Assembly (NCBI GenBank): GCA_041650455.1 | Contig: JBAZLE010000001.1 | Coordinates: forward strand, 157-64,156 | Reading direction: 5' to 3' | DNA length: 64,000 bases | DNA from: Thermoplasmatota archaeon | GTDB taxonomy: Archaea > Thermoplasmatota > E2 > DHVEG-1 | Shown here: positions 27,800 to 36,800 of the stretch, in pieces | Layout of the letters: each line of letters opens with the position of its first letter | Numbering within the stretch: the first letter of the stretch is position 1 | Notes under the pieces: generated by a model | What the model was told of the DNA's origin: nothing | Databases searched by the model: none | Seen by the model: only the letters and a program-made list of their open reading frames with translations | Translations under genes and position numbers: made by a program

Positions 27800-27853
27800 C
27801 ATGCAAGGTAACTTAGCTGGAAAAACTCCATTTCGACTAAGTTGCCTTGCATG
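27800..27853. promoter_or_regulatory. Perfect 17-bp inverted repeat with a 20-nt spacer in the divergent intergenic region
   Basis: CATGCAAGGTAACTTAG-n20-CTAAGTTGCCTTGCATG, located between the GTPase operon (minus) and the coiled-coil gene (plus). Confidence 0.5.
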
Positions 27854-27928
27854 TAAAAATAATAACCCTTAAATAGCATCAACATTATTCGCATGTCAGA
27901 GTATTAATTATTTGGGACGGCATGAGTT

Positions 27929-28885
27929 ATGACTGAAGAAAAAGTAGGTGGTATAAGCGTGAAAGGAGTAAAAGACTCATTAATTGAACAATTACAGGAA
28001 GCGTCCACAGAACTTGGTTCTGTGAAAAGTTCATTTTCTAAAGGGATGGAGGATCTGGCAAAAATCCAAAGCATGCTCAGTTTAGAGGGATTAAACAAAA
28101 TGGATTCGGTGATGCGATCGTTTGAGGATCGCCTCTCTGAAGCAGAACGACGTCGTGACGAAGCAACCGAAGGTGCTCGACGCTACAGCATGGAGCTTGA
28201 GAAAGAAAAAGAACGACTGATAAAGCTCTGGGATGCGTATAAGAACCAAGAGGAATCATTGGCTGCGCAGGAGAAACGAGTCACCGAACTTGAAGAGAAG
28301 TTACGAGATACCGAGCAGATGCACATGCAATTTGAACGAGATGCGACCACACGGATTCAGACACTGACACAAAAGGTTGATGAACGGGCGCAACAACTCC
28401 AACAGATGGACGATCTGAAGCAGCAAGTGATGAGGTTCGACACAATACGAACTCAGATGGAAACAAGTGTTGATCGGATGCGCGGAGAGATTACCACAAA
28501 AGATGAAATTATCTGCGGGTTAGAACGACAAGTCGAGGAACTACGCGGATTCGAACAGTTCGCTGAGTTCAAACCGAAATTTGAAGCAGTATCCATGGAA
28601 TATGAGAAAGAAAAAGAACGACTCACCAAACTCTTTCGGTTATATGAGGAAACAGACGGGGAGAACAAAAAACTCAAAGAGGAACTCCACGGTTGGCAAA
28701 GCTGGTTTAACCAAAACGAGGAGCTCTTCACCAAACTGTTTTCTTCTGTCGAACATTTAAAACACCATACCGCAACTGTTCCTACCACAGAGGTCGCTCA
28801 AGAAGACATGGAACTCCCAACCTCTGGAGAACAAAAACCTGAACCTGTGGAAAAACCAAAGCGCAGACTCCGCTTCAGAAAATAA
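27929..28885 (+). CDS. Coiled-coil protein with an internal duplication
   Basis: E/K/R/Q-rich heptad-like sequence. There are two copies of (M/S)(E/M)(L/Y)EKEKERL(I/T)KL(W/F)..Y(K/E) blocks with ~25 nt of DNA identity. Confidence 0.6.
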   Translation: MTEEKVGGISVKGVKDSLIEQLQEASTELGSVKSSFSKGMEDLAKIQSMLSLEGLNKMDSVMRSFEDRLSEAERRRDEATEGARRYSMELEKEKERLIKLWDAYKNQEESLAAQEKRVTELEEKLRDTEQMHMQFERDATTRIQTLTQKVDERAQQLQQMDDLKQQVMRFDTIRTQMETSVDRMRGEITTKDEIICGLERQVEELRGFEQFAEFKPKFEAVSMEYEKEKERLTKLFRLYEETDGENKKLKEELHGWQSWFNQNEELFTKLFSSVEHLKHHTATVPTTEVAQEDMELPTSGEQKPEPVEKPKRRLRFRK

Positions 28886-28910
28886 TCACCCCCTCATTTT
28901 TTTTCTTTTT

Positions 28911-31016
28911 TTATTCTAATTTCGTCGTGCTGATTCCACTGTCATCTTCTAGAATTGATATTGTATTTTCCGTGAAATGTTTTATGTCTTCGACATGGGT
29001 GATGAGGAAGATCTGTCTAAATTTCGAAGAATAATTATTCAGCGCTTTGATGATATTTTGTTTCCGTATTTGATCCTGAGAACCAAAGATTTCATCAAGG
29101 ATGATGAATTGAAAGATACTCCCTGCGCGTTCGGTAATGATCTCAGAAATCGCCAGTCGAATGCAGAGGTTTGCAAGGTCTTCTTCTCCACCAGAAAAAC
29201 GTTCTATGGTGTATGGTGCTCCCCGATCATACACTAATAGATTATAATCTTCATCTAGCTCTATTTGTGAGTATTTTCCCTCTGTTAGTTCATTAAAAAG
29301 TTCTGAGGCATGAGATGAGAGTGTCGGTCGTATCTGGGAGATGAGGTATGTACGGTAGGAATCCATTACTTCGATTAGCATACTGAGTTTTTGTACGTCG
29401 TCTGTTTCGCTATGAAGTTTTTTAAGGAGCCTTTGTTGTTCTTCAATGTTTTTTTCTAATGTTTTTATTTGTTGCCCGATCAGGTTTTTTTTTCCTTCTT
29501 TTTCTTTTAACTCTACCATGACTTCCTGATGTTTCTCTTTAATGCCATCAAGTTTGGATAACATATGCTGATAAATTTCATATGCAGTGGTCACACGGTT
29601 TCGTATCTGCTGATACTGTTTTTCGTCAAAGTCGACAATACCAATGGTTATCAGTTCTTTCTTTTTGTTTTCTAACTGTTGTTTTTCTCGCTGAATCTCT
29701 TCAGAGCTATGAAGAAGAAAACTTTGGAGTTTCTCCCGTTCGACGACTTGATTTTGTAGAAAGCTCTTCTTTTTCTGCAACGCTTGTTTTTCTTTAGAGA
29801 GTTTTTCGTATTCTAATTGCAGTTTTTTTGCTTCTTCGTCAAATCGTTGTGCGTCATGATTCTTTTTTGTGAGTTCCTTACCATAATTCATAAGAAGTGT
29901 CTGATGTTGCTGTCCAAGTACACGTTCACAGGTTGGGCATTTTGCTTGTGGCCCTATTGTTTCAATTTGGTGCTTTTTTGTTGTGATTTCTTTCATCTCC
30001 TCCTTGAGACGATAGAGGAGCGTTTTGTTGTGTTCTTGTTTTTTTACAATCGATTGAATGAAGATTGTATTTTTCTCCTGATTCTGTTCATACGAATGTA
30101 AATCTTTTTCCAGATTCTTAAATACAGGGAGTTTTTCTTTCTGTTTTTCCAAGATTTCTTGTCGTTCTTTGATTGCTTTTTCCAATGCTGTTATATCCGT
30201 TTGAAGACGTTGTTTTTTTTCAAATCTGCTTTTCTTTTCCTCGAGTTGCCCAGCGGTTTTGTAGAGTTCCTCGTACGAGAGTTTTTTTGTTTCGCAGTCT
30301 TTTTTTGTTTTAACATGTTCCTCATCAATTCTTTGAAGATGTTTTTTACTCTCTTGTATGTGTTGCATGAGTTCTGTTTGTTTTTTTTGCTGATTTTTGA
30401 TTTCGATTTCGTAGACATTCTTTTTGTTTTGGCCTTGTTCATCAACAAGATTCTCTTCGAGTTTTTTAACAAGTGTGTTCTTGTCTTTTGTATCTGTTCT
30501 AATCTCACTGATGATTTCATCGACTGCACTGATTCCAAGCATACGCAGAATAAGTTGTCTACGTTCACTTGGGTTCATAGAGGATAACGTGTTCAGTTCC
30601 TTTTGTTTAGCAAAAATCGATGTGTAGAACGATTTCCAGTCCATCCCTAGTGTTTTCTGCATAAACTTGCTAAGAGTTTCTGCGCCGCTTGCTGCAAGCT
30701 TTCCGTTGACAGTCGCACTGCCTGATGCTTGAAGGTTTTTTCCACTCATCTCTCGAACGACATGGTAGATGTCATCATCGAAGATGAAATCAAGTTCAGT
30801 CTGGCAAGGCTCAGATGGTGCTGCCCCTTCTCGTTTAATTTGGTTCGTCGCTGTCCGGGCTGCGACAGGACCATAAAGTGTCCATGCCACTGCTTCAAAC
30901 AAGGTTGATTTCCCAACACCATTCAATCCAACAACGCCTGTGACCCCATCAGGAAACTCAATGGTGCTGTCTTTAAATTTACGGAAGTTTTTCAGCCGAA
31001 TTGATTTTAGGATCAT
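28911..31016 (-). CDS. rad50: Rad50/SbcC-family DNA repair ATPase (short form, 701 aa)
   Basis: Walker A GLNGVGKST, zinc-hook CPTCERVLG within a coiled coil, and C-terminal signature and D-loop FSGGEEDLANL...ILDEIFGSQD. Confidence 0.85.
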   Translation of the reverse strand: MILKSIRLKNFRKFKDSTIEFPDGVTGVVGLNGVGKSTLFEAVAWTLYGPVAARTATNQIKREGAAPSEPCQTELDFIFDDDIYHVVREMSGKNLQASGSATVNGKLAASGAETLSKFMQKTLGMDWKSFYTSIFAKQKELNTLSSMNPSERRQLILRMLGISAVDEIISEIRTDTKDKNTLVKKLEENLVDEQGQNKKNVYEIEIKNQQKKQTELMQHIQESKKHLQRIDEEHVKTKKDCETKKLSYEELYKTAGQLEEKKSRFEKKQRLQTDITALEKAIKERQEILEKQKEKLPVFKNLEKDLHSYEQNQEKNTIFIQSIVKKQEHNKTLLYRLKEEMKEITTKKHQIETIGPQAKCPTCERVLGQQHQTLLMNYGKELTKKNHDAQRFDEEAKKLQLEYEKLSKEKQALQKKKSFLQNQVVEREKLQSFLLHSSEEIQREKQQLENKKKELITIGIVDFDEKQYQQIRNRVTTAYEIYQHMLSKLDGIKEKHQEVMVELKEKEGKKNLIGQQIKTLEKNIEEQQRLLKKLHSETDDVQKLSMLIEVMDSYRTYLISQIRPTLSSHASELFNELTEGKYSQIELDEDYNLLVYDRGAPYTIERFSGGEEDLANLCIRLAISEIITERAGSIFQFIILDEIFGSQDQIRKQNIIKALNNYSSKFRQIFLITHVEDIKHFTENTISILEDDSGISTTKLE

Positions 31017-32149
31017 GGTTTTTTCTCTTGTTCTTCGTGTTTATGGATGTATTGTAGCCCAAGACTGAGCAACATTTTTTTTTCAGCGTACTGTTGGGTG
31101 GTGAGAAATTTTTCAAATTCGTCAGCAAGTGATTTAAGCTTATAGCTCTCGTTTAGTGATGTTACATCGTTTTTAAGAGAAGTGGTTTTTATCTCAAAAT
31201 GCACAGCAGTTTTTGCAAGATTTCGTATTTGATGATAATCAATACCTCGTTGGAGGTGGATTGGGATATTCTCGAGGCGGATTCGTATGATTTTATCGCT
31301 TGGATCAATCGTCTGGATGATTTCTTTTACCTTCTGGATGATTTGATCAATGCGGAGGGTCGAGCAGTCGAGCGGGGGTGGGTCAATCATTATCCGAGTT
31401 TTCAGAGGGATGAACCGATGTTTCAGTGGTTGCTTTAGGTCAATTTGAAGCACTCCTTTCTGAACGTTTGCCTCTGTGAAACTAAAATGCTCTGTTGATC
31501 CAACGTAAAAGACGTTCTCCTGCAGTTTTGTATACTGATGATAGTGACCAAGTGCAATGTAGTCAAACTCCTCTTTTAGGTTTTTTACTGGGATGAAAAG
31601 TTCGTTGAACTCATTCATTTTAAATTCCTTAATATCTGCGACCGCACCATGGGCAAGCAAGAGATTGAAATCAGCGTTTTTCTCTATCTTAATTTTTTTG
31701 AAATTCGATTCAAATTCCTTTGGACTTTGACAGTGAGGGATTGCATGAATCAGAACTGTTTTATCCTTTATTTTCAAAGAAATGGCTTCATAGCGATTCC
31801 TATGGATAGGATACACCTGATTGAGATGTTCAAAAATGTTGAAAATATTCCCTGTTTCTTTGAGTTTTGGTGTTTCATGGTTTCCAGAGATTACCACGAA
31901 AGGAATATTTTCTACTGACAGACGAAGGATTTGTTGTAATGCAACGGTGATCGCACGGTTCGACGGTCGAACGGAGTCAAAAAGATCCCCTGCGTGTAGC
32001 ACAACATCCGGTTTCGTTTGTAAGGCGTAATCGACGCATTGGGTAAAGGTATTATAGACATCCATTTCCCGTTGATTCACACCTTCCTCTGTTGTCTTTC
32101 TGTAGGCAGAATAACCAAGATGAGTATCAGCACAATGCAAAATCCTCAT
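31013..32149 (-). CDS. mre11: Mre11 nuclease
   Basis: MRILHCADTHLG, GDLFD and GNHE phosphoesterase motifs. The stop overlaps the rad50 start by 4 nt. Confidence 0.9.
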   Translation of the reverse strand: MRILHCADTHLGYSAYRKTTEEGVNQREMDVYNTFTQCVDYALQTKPDVVLHAGDLFDSVRPSNRAITVALQQILRLSVENIPFVVISGNHETPKLKETGNIFNIFEHLNQVYPIHRNRYEAISLKIKDKTVLIHAIPHCQSPKEFESNFKKIKIEKNADFNLLLAHGAVADIKEFKMNEFNELFIPVKNLKEEFDYIALGHYHQYTKLQENVFYVGSTEHFSFTEANVQKGVLQIDLKQPLKHRFIPLKTRIMIDPPPLDCSTLRIDQIIQKVKEIIQTIDPSDKIIRIRLENIPIHLQRGIDYHQIRNLAKTAVHFEIKTTSLKNDVTSLNESYKLKSLADEFEKFLTTQQYAEKKMLLSLGLQYIHKHEEQEKKP

Positions 32150-33534
32150 AGGTCCCTTCTTCGTGAACGTTTCAAGGAAATAACGTCACAGGCAAGTGTA
32201 AGCGCATCAAGTGTTGGGGCTATCGGTGGTGCATAGGCGGTCTCAAGTTTTCGGAAGTCATCGATCGTTAGTTTTCCAAGAACTGCACAGGCCAGAGTGT
32301 TAATTCGTTGAGCGGCATTACTCCCAACTGCTTGAGCAGAAATTATTTGTCCAGTTTCGTCATACGCAGAGACTTTAATGACGATTGATTTTTTTCCCGG
32401 AAAATACTCAGGCAGAGAATACCCTTTGTATTTACCGTTTACAACCAGCGTGTTTGTAAGGTTCTCTTTCACAGGGCCAACCGCTGCTATCTCTATATCA
32501 AAAAATTCTGATGTCCTTGTTAGTAAAACACCAGACGGTAATTGATAGGTGCCACCCGCAGCATTAATTCCAGCTGCAATCCCTTGTCTAACAACAATAC
32601 TCCCAAGTCCAATACCAACTGATTCACCGGTAATATAATCAATGTATTCAGTACAATCGCCTACTGCGTAGACGTTTTTAACGGATGTTTCTGATTTCTC
32701 ATTGACCTGTACACCACCAGTCTTTCCTATCTTACATCCGATAGTTTTCGCAAGGGATGTCTCTGATATTGTCCCAGTTGCAATCACAAGCAAATCGGTT
32801 TCTATTTTTTTTTCTTCACCTGTCGCAACATCCTTTATGATTAAGGACTTGATGGTTCCCTGATGATCCTCACATCGAACCGCGAGATGATTCGGATGAA
32901 CAGAGATTTTCTCTTGTAAACTCTGTAGTACCGGTTCGCTCATATCATCATCAAGAGTGTTGGCAAGAATGGTAGGAAGCGCCTCGACGACAGTCATCTT
33001 CATTCCTTTTTTATACAACGTATCTGCCATCTCAAGTCCAATGAGTCCTGCACCGACGATGGTTGCTTTTCTATCTTTTTTTATCTGAGCAAGAATCGCC
33101 TGACCATCTTTGATTGTTCGTAGAACATGGATTCCTTTCAGTAACTGCCCATTTTTCTGGATGTTTTGAATCGGGGGAATCCATGGATACGCTCCTGTCG
33201 CAAGAATAAGACTGTCAAATTCCTTTTCTATTTGTTCAGTACCTTTTTTTGCTATCACACGTCGCTTGTGAATATCGACACCTTCAACGGAGGTTTCAAG
33301 ATGGAGGTCTATGTGTTCTTTTTTGAACCAGTCTTCTGAAAATTCAATAAGATCGGGGAATGCTGGTACTGTTCCTGCTATCGCGTACGGTAATCCACAT
33401 TTCGAATATTGTGGGTATGATCCTTTTTCAAAAATTGTTATCGACGCTTTTCTATCTGTTTTCCGTGCGAATTGTCCGCTGGTTCCACCACCTGCGCCAC
33501 AGCCGATGATAATAATTTGTCGTGCGTTGGTCAC
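32146..33534 (-). CDS. Pyridine nucleotide-disulfide oxidoreductase, NADH oxidase/CoA-disulfide reductase family
   Basis: FAD motif IIIIGCGAGG, redox-active SKCGLPY, and NAD motif IVGAGLIGLE. The stop overlaps the mre11 start by 4 nt. Confidence 0.8.
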   Translation of the reverse strand: MTNARQIIIIGCGAGGGTSGQFARKTDRKASITIFEKGSYPQYSKCGLPYAIAGTVPAFPDLIEFSEDWFKKEHIDLHLETSVEGVDIHKRRVIAKKGTEQIEKEFDSLILATGAYPWIPPIQNIQKNGQLLKGIHVLRTIKDGQAILAQIKKDRKATIVGAGLIGLEMADTLYKKGMKMTVVEALPTILANTLDDDMSEPVLQSLQEKISVHPNHLAVRCEDHQGTIKSLIIKDVATGEEKKIETDLLVIATGTISETSLAKTIGCKIGKTGGVQVNEKSETSVKNVYAVGDCTEYIDYITGESVGIGLGSIVVRQGIAAGINAAGGTYQLPSGVLLTRTSEFFDIEIAAVGPVKENLTNTLVVNGKYKGYSLPEYFPGKKSIVIKVSAYDETGQIISAQAVGSNAAQRINTLACAVLGKLTIDDFRKLETAYAPPIAPTLDALTLACDVISLKRSRRRDL

Positions 33535-33847
33535 TCAAAAACCCCATTCAACTAACTGAGATGTTTTTTTAAACGTTTTTGAAGAAAAAATATTTTGAAA
33601 ACCAAACTTTGCAGTTAATCTTAAAAACCTTTGAACTATATATTGATATTCGAAAATAGGTTTGGATGTAGGTGCGCTTTTGAATACTATAAAATCATTT
33701 AATAGTAAAAACGATGAAAAAGATATCAATACGATAGTAGATGATCTCCTTCGTAGGGCAAGGTCCCAAAAGTACAGGAAAAAATCCTTCCATAATCATT
33801 TTTCATCACAAAAAACACCTCTAAGATGTTTAACCTCTGATGTAACA

Positions 33848-36800
33848 ATGATTTTCATGTTTATGGTCTCAGTCTTTGTTTTATTCGTCCCAATCCTATC
33901 TCTCTCTATTGTCTCTACCCCAGCTGAGATTAACCAGCATGAAATCTCTATATCGTTCACTCCTGAAACTGTTCATAGTAATGACACGATGCTCATAGAA
34001 GTTCGCGTACCTATCTATCTTGACATTTATTCGATTGTTGCTGATATGGGCGGCATCGAACTTGTCGTCTTGTCCTATGTGGAGAATAATTCATATCTCG
34101 AGGTATGGCAAGCAACTTGGATGCTTCCTGGTGTTGGTAATGGTTCTTATCTTTCTTTTATCACTTTAGTGAATAAAACAGATGCCTGTTTTAAAGTAAA
34201 CAAAACATGGACTGTCATATCAGATGAACGAATCGAAAAAGGATTTCTTATAGATAATAGTACTAGGGAGACGTATCTTCAAATAAACCACACAAACATC
34301 TCAAACCAACGCAATAAAAATGTCGGGGTCATATCATCCAATATTAGCGATAAAAATCAAACGCATGCGCTCTTGTTAACGGACACTTTTTTTGAAAACC
34401 TCTCTCAATCAGAGAATATCACAACCAATGTTCCAACAAATCTAGGTGAAGCGGATTGGTCGATAACCGAGACTGCGCTTGGTAATTCCCACAAACGAGT
34501 GCGTATCAGCAGTGACGTTCATTATACAAATGTTACTGCATTTACCACGATAGACAATCGGCCAAGGAATTCAATTCATCTCTACCATATGATCAATGGT
34601 TCAAGAACAGAAATAGATTTTTCTTCTTTTGATTTAGATAACGATGGCTTTGTAGATAGAATCGAATGGATTGTTCCTCATTTATCAGAACAAACCTATG
34701 AAATTATCATCGAAATAACCAAAGCGGAACACCTTGATGCCGCTAGAGTCTTTCTTTCAGATATCTACGCTGAGGTAAAGCAAGCAGATGATGTCTGGTC
34801 AGAATCAATTCACAACGAAGAGTTTGTCCGAGTAACGTTTGAAAAAGCATTAGATGCAGGTAATGATATTACTATTGTTGCACGAAGTGCTGGGGTGTCC
34901 CGTATCGAGGTGTATGCAAAGGGCAGTCAAAAGCTTATCACCACTTTTCAGAACGTCACCACAGAAAATAAGTATCAGGTTTTTTTAACAAGCTTAACTG
35001 AAACGCAAACCACCTTTGACCTTAAGGTCTGCGGAGATACCGTTGAATATGATTATATCGTCGACCCCACGGGTTGGATCTCACCGACGGGGCATGCTGA
35101 TCCAAGCAACCAATGGAGTAATGAACTAAGGGCGTATGATGGAAATACTGGTACGTATGCATCTCAGACAGGAGCAATCGGGTGGCGAGGGTTTATTGAA
35201 TTCACCTTGACCAATCCGATATACTGCGACCGTGTACGGGTTTTTTCTGATTTTGGTTATGGTGTTGTTGATCTTGTTGACATCGATGTTTACAATAGCA
35301 CAACCTGGGTGGATAAGTATAATGGCACTATTTCGGATGCAACCTGGACAGAGATAAGTTTTCCTGCTGAAACCAATGTGACAAAAGGTAGATTTCGTTA
35401 TCATTTTTTAGCAGGTGGATGGATTTTTTGGCTCTATGAATTTGAGTTCTGGCAAGGTCAACAATTAACATTACCAAATGGCACAACTCTGAATGTGACA
35501 TCGATTGATGAAACAACTGCGATTTTACGAGGAAATGTTAGTGATGACGGTGGAGAGCCTTGTGAATATCGATTCCAATATGGGACCGATACCACCTATG
35601 GGATTAACACAACATGGGGTGGGAGTAGAGTGAGTGGGTCTGAATTTGGAACGATGATTCATAATCTTAACCTTAGTCAAACCTATCAGTTCAGAGTACA
35701 GATTCGTAATAGTATCGGCACCGTAAATGGTTCAAATAATAGTTTTACCACCGCAGTTCCACCGCTTGGATGGATTTCTCCAACCAGCCATTATGATTCA
35801 AATTCTAAATGGGAAAACGAGGAAAACAGCTATGATGATGATACCGGTAGCTTTGCGCGTTCTTATCATAGCGTGAATGACCCTAATGGACAATGGAGCT
35901 CTTTCCTTTACCTGAATCACAGCACTTTAGTATGTGATAAGGTTCGTTTTTATGCAAAGGGACCAACAGGGGATAGTATTCAGATTGATCAAGTCGATCT
36001 TGATGTATACAAAGGTGGGATTTGGGTTGACGTCTACCAAGGTGTGTTTTTAGATAAACAGTGGGTGGAAAAAAATTTCGTCCAGGGGAATGTGACGACA
36101 GCACGGATAAGGTTCCGCGTCAATACAAACAATGGTGGCTTATATTATGAGCTCTATGAGTTTGATTTCAATAAATCAAGACCTGTCCCAATCATCTCTA
36201 ATGCAGGTCCAACTAATGGAAGCTGGGGGGTAAATCTTCGGCCGCAGATGAACATCACCGTGGCTAACCCTGATGGAGCCAACATGACGATCTATTGGTA
36301 TAGTAACAGTAGCGGCTCTTGGCAACTTTTTGGCCTTAATACTTCCGTTGTGAATGGAACTTATCATCAATGGAACAATAACTTTAGTAACAACAATACT
36401 AAATATTGGTGGAAAGTGCTAGTCACAGACGGAACGGATTCGAATTCTTCTTCGTATTATTTTTCAACACCAGATACTATTAAACCTAGCTCAAATGTCG
36501 TAGCAATCTCACCATACTGGAAGAAAACTAGTCCGTTGGCGATAACAGCCACCGCTACAGATGCTGGATGGAGCGGATTGAAAAATGTGACTTTGTTTTA
36601 TCGATTTAGTGGGAATAATGTTTCTTGGGGTGGATGGAAGTTAGTAAGTGTAGACTCCACTTCGCCTTGGTCCTGGAATTTTGCGTTTTCAAACGGAAGT
36701 GGATTTTATCAGTTTTATAGTATCGCTTGCGATTATGCAACCAATGAGGAATCTTTTACAGGAATTGCTGATTCCTGGTGTGGATACGATAATGTAGCAC

